From Mobula hypostoma (lineage: Eukaryota), in the NCBI RefSeq assembly GCF_963921235.1, contig NC_086108.1, positions 57,972,001 to 58,036,000 on the forward strand: a DNA stretch of 64,000 nt. Direction: 5' to 3'. Made by a program: the position numbers and the translations under genes. Every line of letters starts with the position of its first letter. Within the stretch, counting starts at the first letter, position 1. A model generated the notes under the pieces. That model ran no database searches and had not been told where the DNA came from. It worked only from the letters and a program-made list of their open reading frames with translations. Positions 12,867-25,691 of the stretch are shown one piece after another.

Positions 12867-14376
12867 TTGACGTTGCGGTGTTTGCCGAGCTTGGCAATTA
12901 GCTTGCAGATGTTTCATCACGAGTCGAGGTGACATCCTCAATGTGCTGTTGTTGGTGTTTCTCTCTGGGAGTGCTCACATTTATATAGGTCCCCGTTCGC
13001 TTGTCTCGGTCCTGATTGGCTACCACTTCAGCTGACCTTTAAATTCCATTGGCTCACATTTCTTTGGCTCTTGGGGGTTTATAGATGGCGTCTATTTCGA
13101 CATGTTTGCTTGCAGAGTTATCAGAAGAGAGCCACGCTTCAAAAAATTCTCATGCTTGCTTGTGTTTGCCTACGTCAGAATATCTGTGGTGTCCTTCTTG
13201 GTCTTCATGTACCTAGATCAGCAGCAGTGGATCGTGTCTGCGTACCGCCAGTTTGTGTTCCCGTAATCAAGTTGAGAGTTTACATCCTGTCTGGCGATGT
13301 AGTTCTTGGTGCAGTCTCTGCAGGTGATCCAATACACTACATATTCAAACAAAATGAAATCAAGGTTACCTTTAACTAAGTCAAAAACGTATTCAGTGAC
13401 ACCAAATTTACAATGGAAAGAGAAAGAAGCAACCGACTGGCATTTCTGGGTGTACTTGTCGCGAGAAGGACAGACAGTATATTAGGGGCATCCGTCTACT
13501 GGTCCAAGTATTGAGCTACAGTAGCAACCACCCAGCCTGCCACAAGTCACGCCTTATTTAAGAGAGAACAAACGCACTGCAGCACCTCCGAACTTCAGAC
13601 CAGGAAAGAGAAGCACTTATTCAAAGTGCTCCAGAATAACAGTTACCCATGGAATTTCATCAGGAGATGAAAAAGAAGAAAAAGTCGCACAAACCTTACT
13701 CAAGGCACATTGAAATGTGCAACCTTGTCCTATATCAAGCATATCTCAGAAATGACAGCTTGACTGCTCGAACCTCACGGCATCACAATCGCTCACAAAC
13801 CAAGGGCGACTTTAAGGAAGCTTGTCTCAAGAACCAAGGTACCAGTAAGGACAACCAACAAAAGTAATGTGGTGCACAGAATCACCTGCGGAGACTGTAA
13901 CAAGAACTATGTTGCCAGACAGGATGTAAACTCTCAACCGATTTAGGGGAACACAAAGTGGCAGTACGGAGACATGATCCACTGTCGCTGATCTTGGTAC
14001 ATGAAGACTGAGAAGGACACCATTTTAACCAGGATACTGGGAAGGATCTGGCACAAGCAAATGAAGCAGGTTGGAGAATTTTTAGAAGCATGGTTCTTAT
14101 CTGATAATTCTGTAGACAAACATATCATAATAGATGCCACCTAGGAACCCCTTAGAGCCAAAGAAACGCAAGATAATAGAGATTGAAGGTCAACTGAAGG
14201 GGTAGCCAATCAGAACTGAGGCAAGTGAATGGAGGCCTATGTGAACATGAACCCTTCCAGAGAGAAACACCAACAACTGCGCACTGAGGGCGTCACCTCA
14301 ACTGGTGATGAAACATCTGCAAGCTAATTGTCAACCTCGGCAATCCCCTCAACCTGAGCTACCAATATTCACCAAC
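12867..14376 (+). mobile_element. Penelope/Poseidon-type PLE, 5'-truncated, with inverted 5' arm
   Basis: 13329-14376 has decayed RT thumb (FTME..LAFLGVLV) and GIY-YIG (ITCGDCNKNYV.RTG) coding sequence with no Cys-rich linker. 12867-13328 is a reverse-complement copy of ~13881-14355. HHR-like motifs lie at both outer ends. Confidence 0.8.
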
Positions 14377-14716
14377 ATCCCAGACCAATAGAACTGTATA
14401 GAACACTGTTTAATATTAATATCATAAACAGGTATGAGCATCCTAGCAAGAAGATTTTTTAAAATTGATTTTCAACTTTAAAATGTGGATTGATGATCTG
14501 GTGTGACTCCGAAAAAATAATAAATTTACTACAAATTCCGTTATTACAGAAGGACGTAAAATCTGTCTTCCTTTGCATCTCACTGGGTACAACCCAAATC
14601 AATCATGTGTGGTTTCGTTTTTATAACATTTCTTTATGTGGTTGTGAATTTGTGGAAAAGGAGAAAATTAAGTGGATAACAGGAGAGACAGGAATGTGGC
14701 AGATAAAAGCGAAGCA

Positions 14717-14872
14717 GACCTGCAAGGATATTCAGCAGCGTGGAGATGAAGGGGACCTGCAAGGATCTCAGCAGTGTGAAGATGAAGGGGACCTGCAAGG
14801 ATCTCAGCAGCGTGGAGATGAAGGGGACCTGAAAGGATCTCAGCAGCGTGGAGATGAAGGGGACCTGAAAGG
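14717..14872. repeat. 36-bp minisatellite, ~4.3 copies
   Basis: Unit gacctgcaaggatctcagcagcgtggagatgaaggg repeated in tandem. Confidence 0.9.
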
Positions 14873-15529
14873 GTGATGACCCAGAGGACCCTGCAGGGTA
14901 AACGAGAAACAGGGATAGACAGAGCAAAGGGGCAACTAACCAAGACGTGCAACAGTAATCGGTCAGGAGCAGGACTGTTGGAACTGAATGGTAACATGCG
15001 GAGAGTATGCAGACCTGGCAGGGTCATTTTAAATACCAAAATTTTGAGAGTAAGTTAGCTTACATATTTTGGGAAGCCTCATTAGGAGGCAAGACAGAAC
15101 TGAAATGCCAGTTATTTCACAAACAGAAATGTGATCCACCCATGGCAAACAAAAATAATCATGTATAGAACTAGGTAGATTAAAAAAGGAATCAAATAAA
15201 GTTGTTAGGTAATCTAAAATTGATTGAAAATTGATTGATAGACAAAAAACAAAGAGTAGTTCTAAATGGATCCTGATTTCTGTGGGAACAAAGGTACTGT
15301 ATCAGTGCTGAAGCTCCAGCTGTTTAACAGTGATCTGGAGGAAGGAACTAAATGTGAGATTTCTAAATTTGCTCTTGGCACAAGGCTTGGGACTGGGCAG
15401 AATGCAAAGGAACTTTGAGGCAATTTGGGTAAGCAGAGTACATGGAGACAAAAGTAGGCAAAGATGAGGTATAATGTAGATAACTATGCAGTTATGCACT
15501 TACTAAGGAAAAAAGAAGGCTGAAATGTT

Positions 15530-17508
15530 AATGAATGTGCGGAATTGGTGACAGACCACTTAGTAAAGTGCATTGAGAGTGTTACCGTGATTAAACACTA
15601 CACTCTCAGGGCAAACCGGAAACCATGGCTGACAGCTGAAGTTCATGTACTGCTTAAGGGTCAGGACATTGCCTTCAGATCAGGGGACAGGATGACTGTA
15701 AGGACAGCAAGAGTCACCAGGAGGGCAAAGTGTGAGTATGCACGGGAAATTTGCAAACACCTTTGTGATACCAGGGACACGCAGAGCATATGGCAAGGTA
15801 TACAAATCATGACTGATTACAAGTCCACCCTGCTCATGATGACAACGATGTCGCCCTTCCTGACAGGCTGAATGCTTTCTATGTGCAATTGACCAATGGA
15901 ATGATGTGACATTGAGAAAGGCCACCTCTCTTCCTGAAGAGCAGGCGCCCTGTCAGGCTGCAGTGGAGGTGGGGAGGACTCTCGCCAGGGTAAATCCATG
16001 CAAAGCTGAAGGGCCAGACAATATACCCAGTCAGTGCTGAGGGACTGTGCGGCCCAGCTAACAAAATTCTTAATGGATATCTTTAATATCTCTCTGAAGC
16101 AATTCACTGTCTCTCCAGGCTTCAAGGCAGTCACCATCATTCCGGTGCCCAAGAGAGCGATGGTAACTGGCCTAAACGATTGCTGCCCAGTGTCACTGAC
16201 CTCAACAGTTATAAAGTACTTTGAGCATCTGGTAATGGATCTTATGAAATTCTACCTTCCAGCTACATGAGGTCTTTTCCAGTTTGCCTATTCAAACCGG
16301 TCCACTGATGATGCCATAGCCTCAGCCCTCCACCCCAGCCTGTGCCACTTATAAAGCAATGCCTCATACACTAGGATGTTGCTCATCGACTTCAGCTCAA
16401 CATTTAACCCTCAGAGGGTGGTGGGTTAACTGTCCTCGTTGGGACTCAACACCCTTCACTGTAACTGGGTTATTAGTAGAAGTCCCCAGTCTGTCCGAGT
16501 TGGCAGCAACATCTCAACTTCATCACACTGAGCGTTGGTCTGTTGTGTTCACATTGCTGACTCAGGACTGCACTGCCAGATTCAGCTCAGACAGGAGCGT
16601 CAGCAAGTTCACTGATGATACTACAGTGGTCGGCTTCATCAGCAACAATGAGTGGGCACACAGAGGAGGCAGAGAGGCCTGACAAATGGTCAAGAACAAA
16701 AGAGATGATTGTAGCCTTCAGGAAGGCACGGGTTGACCACTTTCCTTTGCACATCAATGGCTCTGCCATGGAGAGAGTGAAGAGCACAAAGTTCATTGGT
16801 GTGCACATGGTGGATGATCTAACCTGGACCCACAACACCTCCTCACCAGTCAAGAAGGCAACAGCAGTGTCTATGCTTTCTGAGGAATTTGAGGTGTACA
16901 AGGCTCCCCGTCCCCATTCTAACACCTTTCTACAGGAGCACCATCGAGAGTGCCCTGTCTGGCTGCATCACCGTGTGGTACAGAAGCTGCAAAGCATCAG
17001 ACCACAAGACCCTGCAGAGGATAGTAAACTCCGCCGAGAAGATCATCAAGGTCTCTCTCCACACACCACCTCCCCACTCCAATTTATGACATTTACTGGG
17101 AAGGGTGTAGACGAAGGGCTCAAAGCATTTGTTGAGGATCCCTACCACCTATTCGATAATCTCTTTGAGCCATTACCATCAGGAAGGAGGTACAGAAGCT
17201 CTAGGACTGCCAGACTGGGTAACAGCTTCATTCCTCAGGCTGTGAGGTTGATGAATACCCTGCCACTTCTGAGGTCTTGTCACTAGGATAGCAAGCTGTT
17301 CACTGTTTACCCATGCTGTGCTTTACATTTTGTAAAATTGTGATTTTGCATTTTGAAGTATATTTTTATTAACTTATATATACATAGTATAAGATTTTAG
17401 TTTATCTGCTGTGTGTGATATATGTTGTGTGGGTGCACTGTGGTCTGGAGAAACGTTGTTTCATTTGGTTGTATATATGTACAGTCAGACAATAATAAAC
17501 TTGAACTT
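15530..17508 (+). mobile_element. Rex1/Babar LINE (decayed RT)
   Basis: Peptides NRKPWLTAEV, LRDCAAQL..IFNISL, KFTDDTTVVG and PLPSGRRYRS; 3' end aataaacttgaactt. Confidence 0.85.
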
Positions 17509-17539
17509 AGGATAAGTGATCTGGAAGCCCATATTATAC

Positions 17540-18430
17540 TGAAATAAAGCATACAGCAAGCTGCTATGAAGATGAATGGTGTGTTGGCCTCCTTTGCAAA
17601 AGTTTTGAAAACAGAAGTGATGTAAGACTTTGGTGAGACCTTTGTGGACTATTATATGAAATTCCAGTTAAAAATCCCTCCCCTCCCCTTTTCTTCTATT
17701 CCCCACTCTGGCCTCTTACTCTTCTCACCTGCCTATCACCTCCCCCTGGATGCCCCTCCTCCTTCTCTTTCTCCCGTGGTCCACTCTCCTCTCCTTTCAA
17801 ATTCCTTTCTTTCCAGCACTTTACCTTTCCCAACCACCTGGCTTTCTCTATCACCTTCTGGCTTTCCTTCTTCCCCTCCCCCAATATTTTTATTCTGACA
17901 TCTTCCTCCTTTTCCAGTCCTGAAGAAGGGTCTCGGCCCGAAATGTCAACTGTTTATTCATTTCTTGACCTGCTGAGTTCCTCCAGCATTTTGTGTGTGG
18001 TGGTATGAAATTTTGGTCTCCTTTGCCAACAAAGGATATATTTAGAACAAAGGCTTCATAGAAGGAATGCAACAAATTCACAGGCATGGTAGGATTGTCA
18101 GATGAGGAGAGATTGGGTCAACTGGATTTGTATTCACTGGAGTTTTGAAGAATGTGAAAAGAACATAATTTTGACAAGGTTCAACAGGTTCAATTTTCCC
18201 TGACTGAGGATTCTGGAATCAGTTGTCTTAGGATACAGGGTGAAATGTTTAGGCTTGAGATGAGAAATTAGTTCACTCAGTTGGTGAAAAACCTGTGTAA
18301 TTCTATTCTACAAAAACTGAAAGACAATTTGGTGTATATATATTCAAGGAGGCGGTAGATTTCCAGACCAAAAGGCATTAAGAGGTATGGGGGATCCACC
18401 ACAATCATATTATCTGGCAGAACAGGCTAG
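17540..18430 (+). mobile_element. CR1 3' fragment (old), host of a PLE insertion
   Basis: aagactttggtgagacc..gactatt | tttggtctcc..gaggagagattgg; CR1 ORF2 end. Confidence 0.6.
17664..18003 (+). mobile_element. PLE 3' end with minimal hammerhead ribozyme
   Basis: 9-bp TSD tatgaaatt (17655-17663, 18004-18012). HHR cagtc-ctgaaga-agggtctcggccc-gaaatgtc-aactg at 17915-17952. Confidence 0.8.
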
Positions 18431-19149
18431 TCAGAAAGAGATGACGAGCTCATAGATGTCATGGTATCCATTTTCAGTGTGCCTGAAATATACTGTTACT
18501 CCCATTATATCCATTCTTGCTCCAAGTACATTTGGCAAAGATATTTGCATTTTGTCTCTGTTCTGGATATCATGCAAAGTGTACTTAAAAATGAGTGACC
18601 TGTGGTATAATCATTTTTTTTGACAAATAGAAAGATGAAGAAATGAGATTTGGTTTTGCTCTGCTTTGAAAATAGCAAAATATATTAATTACATGGCCTC
18701 CTTCTGCCAGTATTTTGAATATTATATTGTTGCTTTAAAAACATAGTAAGACTAAAATTTATTGTTTTATTTGATGCATCAAAATGGTATACTTCTCAAA
18801 AAGAATGTTAACGATACTAAATTGTCAATTTGATTTCATTAAGTTTCTATGTTTAGCATCAGTAATGAGCAACAGAGCTGCCTGTGTTATTTTAAATAAT
18901 TCAGGAAACTAATTTTGTGATGCCTTTCTTGACCTTACTGAATCTTGCAACTTCAGATGAGACTGCTCATTTATATTCCAACATTCTTATTATAAGAGAG
19001 TGTGGAATCTACACTATTGAAGCAGGTTCCTTAAAGGGAAATTACAGTTTCAGTTGCTGATAAAAGTTTTTTCCCTAATTTGAATTTTCATTAGATTTTA
19101 CTGCATTTAATGATTTTTAATATAATTTTAATGTACTGTAAATCGTCAG

Positions 19150-20695
19150 GTGTCATAGAGTCATAGAGTTGCACGGCATATATAGGCCCTTCAGCCCATC
19201 ACACCCATGCCATCCATCGTGCCTTTCTGTACTAATCACATTTGCCCATATTAATTCCATATTCCCCTCTGCCCTGCTCATTAAGATGCCTCTTAAATTT
19301 TGTTTCTCTTTCTGCCTCACCACCATCTCTGGCAGCTTATTCCAGATGCCAGCTATTCTTTGTGTGACAAATTTATCTCAGTTTCCCTTGAAAATGTCCC
19401 CCCTCTCAACTTAAACCTATGCATATTAGTTTTAAACATCCCTACATAAGAGCAGTCACTGACTATCTTACCTCATGTTGCTTCTCAGTCTCCTTCGCTT
19501 TGTAGAAAATAGACCGACCCTATCCAATCTCTCTAGTCCTGCAAAAGCCTTGAGTTTCTTTTCTGTACCCTCTTAGCTTAATTAGCTCCAGCTTTTGTAC
19601 AACTATAATATGAAGTCCCAACTCTTAAACTCATTGCTTCAGCCAATGTAGGCAAACGTGCCAAACACTTTCCTCACCACTATATCTACTTACTTTCCTA
19701 CTTTCAGGGATCTTTGCACTTATACCCCAAAGTCTTTCTGTTCAACACAACACTCTATATGTCTGCTGGGGTTTAACTTCACAAAATGCATCATTTTTGC
19801 AGATATCTGAGTTAAAGTCCATCAGCCACTCCCTTACCTCATTTCTCAAATGATCTACAGCCAATTGTAAGCTCATATGATCTTCTTCACCGTCAATCAT
19901 ACAAACAAATTCAGTGTCGCCTGCAAACTTACTAACCATGCTGTTTGCATTTACACCCAAATCATTAATATATATGGCAAACAGAAAATAAGACCCAGCA
20001 GCAATCCCTCAGGCACAACCATTGGCCACAGGTCTCCATTCTGAAAAGTAACCCTTCACTACCACCCTCTGGCTCTTCCACTGAGACAGATCGGTATCAA
20101 ATTGTCTTGCTCATCCTGCCCACATGTTCTAACATTTCAAACCAGCCCAGCATGTGGGACTTAATGAAAGGCCTTGCTAAAGTCCATGTAAACAAGATGT
20201 ACCATGTCTACCCTCATCAGTCCTCTTGGTCACCTCTTCAAATTTGCGAGACATTATTTACTATGCAGAAAGCCATGCTGCTATCTCTAATTGGTCCTTA
20301 TCTTTCCAGATGCAGATAATCTGCCCCTCAGAAAGCCTTGCAATAATTTAACTATCATGGATTTAGGGCTCACTAGCCTGTAGATCCCCAGCTTATTCCT
20401 GCTGCTCTTTAATAAATATACATTACCTATCCTCCAGTTTTCTGATACCTCACCAATGGCTAACGAAGATACCTAAATCGCTGCCAGGGCTCCAGCAATC
20501 TTCTCCCTTGCTTTCCATAACATCCTAGGATAAACCTGGTCAGGCTCTGGGTAATTACCCACCTTTATGTATTTCGAGAGCTCCACCTTTGTCATGTTGA
20601 CTTGCTCCGGGAAACCCCTGTTCTCTCTCAACTCACTATGTCCTTCTCTGTGGCATGTAAATACAGACAAAAACTATAAATTTGGAAGCTTGACC
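19150..20695 (-). mobile_element. CR1 LINE, decayed; continues at 21770-22191 and 23494-23580
   Basis: Minus-strand peptides SKFAGDT and PEPDQVYPRMLWKAREKIAGAL; (catagagt)n-type 3' tail at ~19154. Confidence 0.7.
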
Positions 20696-20699
20696 ATCT

Positions 20700-21770
20700 A
20701 TATCCTCACAGACAGGACCCAGGCTGTAAAAATAGCTCTCCTCTACAATCACTCTGAGCACCGGTGCCCCACAAGGCTGTGTACTCAGCCCCCTGCTGTA
20801 CTCACTGTACACCCATGATTGTGTAGCCAAGTTTCCATTGAACTCAGTATGTAAGTTTGCTGATGACACCACAATTGTAGGCCATATCTCGGGTAATGAT
20901 GAGTTTGAGTACAGAGAGGAAATTAAGAACCTGGTGGCATGGTTCGAAGACAATAACCTATCCCTCAAATGTCAGCAAAATGAAGGAATTGGTTGTTGAC
21001 TTCAGAAGGAGTAACGGACCGCGCGATCCCATCTACATCGGTGGTGCACAGGTGGAACAGGTCAAAAGCTTTAAGTTCCTCGGGGTCAATATCACAAATG
21101 ACCTGACTTGATCCAACCAAGCAGAGTCCACTGCCAAGAAGGCCCACCAGTGCATTTATTTCCTGAGAAAACTAAAGAAATTTGGCCTGTCCCCTAAAAC
21201 CCTCGCTAATTTTTATAAATGCACCGTAGAAAGCATTCTTCTAGGGTGCATCACAACCTGGGATGGAAGTTGTCCTGTCCAAGTCCGAAAGAAGCTGCAG
21301 AAGATCGTGAACATGGCGCAGCACATCACACAAACCAATCTTCCGTCTGTGCACTCACTTTACACCGCATGCTGTCGGAGCAGTGCTGCCAGGATAATCA
21401 AGGACACGACTCACCTAGCCAACACACTTCTCATCCCTCTTCCCTCCGGGAGAAGGCTCAGGAGCTTGAAGACTTGTACGGCCGGATTTGGGAACAGCTT
21501 CTTTCCAACTGTGATAAGACGGCTGAACGGATCCTGACCCGGATCTGGGTCGTACCCTCCAAATATCCGGACCTGCCTCTCGGTTTTTTTTTTGCACTAC
21601 CTTACTTTCCATTTTTCTATTTTCTATTTATGATTTATAATTTAAATTTTTATCATATTTACTATTTATTTGTACTCCAGGGAGCACGAAGCGCAGAATC
21701 AAATATCACTGTGATGATTGTACGCTCTAGTATCAATTGTTTGGTGACAATAAAGTAATAATAATAATAA
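20700..21770 (+). mobile_element. Rex1/Babar LINE, young 5'-truncated copy
   Basis: Peptides TGAPQGCVLSPLLYSLYTHDC, KFADDTT and VKSFKFLGV; 3' end caataaag(taa)n. Confidence 0.88.
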
Positions 21771-22191
21771 TATTGTTGATTATCCTCACTCACCAGCTAC
21801 TCTTCTGATCTTAATATACTTGTAGAATCTTACAGGATCTTCCTTTGCCTTGTCTGCCAGTGAAGTCTTATGGCACTTTTTGCCTTCCTAATTTCCTTCC
21901 TATGTCTCTTATTCTCCTCAGGGGACTCATTCAATCCCAGCTGCCTGTGCTTGACATACACCTAATCTTTCCTGACCAGATGCTTAATATCCTTTGTGAA
22001 TCACAGTTCCTTACTCTTGCTGGCCTTGCCCTTCACACTAACAGGCACATTCTGTCCTTCAACATGCAAACAGTCTCTCCTATTCTACTTTTTTTTTTGC
22101 AAATTTCTGTTTGATGACGACAAAATTAGACTTCCGCTAATTTAGGACTCAGAAGTATGGTCCCTGAACCAAAATAGGCCCACTGACACAT

Positions 22192-23493
22192 CACATACAG
22201 GAGAGAATCTGCAGGTGCTGGAAATCCAAGCAACACGAGCACAAAGTGCTGGAGGAACTCAGCAGGCGAGGCAGCATCTATAGAAAAGAGTACAGTCAGT
22301 GTTTCAGGCCGAGACCCTTCATCGGGACTGCAAAATATAGATGAGGAGTCAGAGTAAGAATGTGGAGGGAGGGGAGGAAGAAATAAAAGGTAGTAGGTGA
22401 CAGGTGAAACTGGGAAGGGGGAGAAGTGAAGTAAGGGGCTGGGAAATTGATTGGTGAAAGAGAAAAAAGGCTGGGGAAAGGGGAATCTGATAGGAGAGGA
22501 CAGAGAGCCATGGAGGGAAAAGGGGGAGGAGCACCAGAGGGAGGGAGGTGACGGGCAGGTAAGGAGATAAGGTGAAAGGGAAATGGAGGTGGGGAATGGT
22601 GAAGGGGGAGAGGTGCATTACCAGAAGTTTGAGAAATTGATATTCGTGCCATCAGGTTGGAGGCTATCCAGATGGAACTTAAAGAGTTGCCCCTCCAACC
22701 TGAGTGTGGTCTCATTGTGACAGTGGAGGAGGCCATGGACTGACATGTCAGAATGGGAATGGAAAGTGGAATTAAAATGGGTGGCCACTGGCAGATCCCG
22801 CTTTTTCTGACAGAGCGTAGGTGCTCGGCAAAGTGGTCTCCCAGTCTGCATCAGGAATCACCGATAGACAGCAGGCCATACCAGGAGTGCTGGATGCAGC
22901 AAATGGCCTCAAAGAGACTCACAGGTGAAGTGTCACCTCACCTGGAAGGACTGTTTGGGGCTGTGAGTGGTGGTGAGGGAAGAGGTAAAGGGGCAAGTGC
23001 AGCACTTGTTCTGGTTGCAAGGATAAGTGTCAGGAGGGAGATGAGTGGGGAGGGACGAATGGAGAAGGGAGTCACATTGGGACTCCACTTCCCATTCCAA
23101 CATGTCAGTCCATGGCCTCCTCTACTGTTGTGATGAGGCCACACTCTGGTTGGAGGACAGCAGAGCTCCTTACCTGCCATTCACCTCCCTTCCTCTCCCT
23201 TTCTCCCCCTTTTCTTTCCTTCTGTCCTCTCCTATCGGATTTCTCCTTCTCCAGCCCTGTACCTCTTTCACCGATCAATTTCCCAGCTCTTTACTTTACT
23301 CCTCCCCTCCCCTTCCCAGTCCACCTATCACCTACAACCTCGTACTTCTTCTTCCCCTCCCTCCACTTTCCTACTCTGAGTCCTCATCTTGTTTTCCAGT
23401 CCTGATGAAGGGTCTCGGCCTGAAACATTGACTGTACTTTTTTCCATAGATGTTGCCTGGTCGGCTGAGTTCCTCCAACATTTTGTATGTCTT
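22192..23493 (-). mobile_element. Neptune-type PLE fold-back insertion
   Basis: Minus arm 22192-~23075 (tail, HHR 22293-22330, GIY-YIG). Plus arm ~23080-23493 (HHR 23397-23434). TSD gcccactgacacat at 22178-22191 and 23494-23507. Confidence 0.85.
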
Positions 23494-23594
23494 GCCCACT
23501 GACACATAAACCACTTGCCCAGTCTTATTTCCAAAGAAGAGATTAAGCGTGACCCCTTTCCTGCAGGGAAACTACATACTTATTTAGAAGAGCC

Positions 23595-25330
23595 ACAAAG
23601 TAATGTCGCATCTCTATAAAACTCTGATTAGACCTCACTTGGAGTATTGAGTTCAGTTTTGGTTACCTCATTATTGGAAGGACATGAAAGCTTCAGAGAG
23701 AGTGCAGAAAAAAATTACCAGAATGCTGCCTGGATTAGAGAGTATGTTTTATGAGGAAAGGTTGAGCAAGTTAGAGCTTTTCTCTTTGGAGTGAAGGAGG
23801 ATGAAAGGTGACTTGATAGATGTGTATTCAATTCAATTCAAGTTTTATTGTCACTCAACCATACATGAATACCCATGAATACAGCCAAACGAGATAGTGT
23901 TACTCCAGGGGCAATCCCCCACTATCCAAAAGTACAGCGTTCCTATGAAATCTTTCGTAAGCAGAAATGGCGTAAAACGAAGAAGCAATTACCATTAATT
24001 TATATGGGAAAAATTTTTGAGCGTTCCCAGACCCAAAAAATAACCTACCAAACAGTACATAAAACCTAAAAGAGAAAGGCACGTACACGCATGCACGCAC
24101 ACCTGCCTGTGCGAGGCTTCACAGTCACGGTAATCTTTCTCGGGGTAAACACCAGTTTAAAGTGGGCGCCTTTTCTCATAAACGTGAAAATCCTCTTCCG
24201 ATTTCTTTTGGTTAGCGAAAACAGGTGTACTAATGTAAGTCTTTCGTAAAAGTGAAGTGGCTTAAAGCGAACTTTTGTAAAGAGGGGGACACCTGTACCA
24301 ACAGTCACACAACACAAAGCACACATAGCACATACAAGATAGCAAAGACATGTAAGATGTCAGTAAAATTATAGCCACACCAAAAAAAAGTCCAGACCCC
24401 GAGTCCATGAATGCCGCAGAAATCTGTAGTCAACCACAGTACTACTTGCCTGAGGCTGACTGAACACTGGGAGGCAGCAACGACTCCAGCCTGGACACCG
24501 CACCACAGCACCCCCGGTGCTGCACACTGGCTCCGGTGCCACTCTCCGGGTGGCTGGAAACAGGTGGCACCGCAGCTTGAGACCTAGTCCTCACTACAAC
24601 TGAAGCCACACAGCTCACTCGCACTTCACCAATAAATCGGTGAATCAGACTTGCAGCATTCCACATTAACAATGTCCTAAAGGGTCTTGCAATCAGAAGT
24701 AAAGTGACTAGGATGGTCACTCGCTATTAAAACACACCTCTCCTTTGCACACCAACCCCTCCACACAACACTCCTCCAAAGGGTCTCTGCTGTAAGTAGC
24801 AGCATGATCTGCATAAAATCCAGTTCCTTCACTTTCTTCGCCAACAAACAATTTGCTGATGAGGTAGACCTGCAGTACTTCAAGTTCTTTATGTCGAGCA
24901 GGATGTTGCGATTATAAAAGTTACGCTTAGAAAGGAGAGTCTCACCCTTAGTTGACCCTGTAGGAGCCACTACAATCGAACGCACTGGAAGCCCTGCAAT
25001 CTTACCAGAAGATAAGAGGCTTACATAGAGAGACCAGTGCCTTTATCCCATGATGGTAATGGCTAATAGTTTTAAAATGATTGGAGGAAAGCAGAGGGGT
25101 ATTGTCAGAGGTAGGCTTATTACACAGAGAATGGTAGGTACATGGAACATACTGCCAGGGGTGGTGGTAGAGGCAGGTACATTTAAGAAACTCTTAGGGA
25201 TGCACATGGATGAAAGAAAAATGAATGACTGTGGGAGAGAAGGGTTGGATTGATCTTGGAGTACACTAAAAGATCAGCACAACACTGTGGGCAGAAGGGC
25301 CTGTAGTGTAGTACCGTTCTATGGTCCATA
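23595..25330 (+). mobile_element. CR1 3' fragment with a nested minus-strand non-autonomous retroelement (23827-25008)
   Basis: CR1 sequence breaks at gatagatgtgta and resumes at agataagaggc. The insert begins with (ttcaa)n plus ttttattg, an antisense 3' tail. Confidence 0.6.
23906..24297. mobile_element. Tigger/pogo-like MITE
   Basis: Right end cttttgtaaagagggggacacctg-ta; degenerate left end cagg..tcccccactatccaaaag; internal tttcgtaa repeats. Confidence 0.55.
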
Positions 25331-25691
25331 CAAAACTCTTCTGGACACACTTAACAAAACTCTGTCTGAAATCCCTTAGAATTATGTCAGCTCTATCCAA
25401 TATCTGGGAACTTTAAATCATCTACTATTTCAGCCCGTCCACCACCGCACTTCCTCTGCCTGCTTGAAGATATAGGTGATCCTTGCAGCAAGGAGACAAC
25501 GCACCACTCTGGAAGCTTATGTGTATCCCCAACTTACAGGGTCCACCATCACTGTCATTCCCTTAGGTTTGACCTTCTCATAGTGTCACTGATCTGCTGA
25601 CAGCTATTGATTTCCATCTCAGGTCTATTTCACACCCACCCCACTCCACCCCTTCTCTCTAAGATTATCTATCCAAGGTGGTATACTTGTT

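Noticed and set aside
14490..15039. ORFs with repeated GDEGDLQGSQQR peptides
   Set aside because: Translation of a 36-bp minisatellite, with no splice or homology support.
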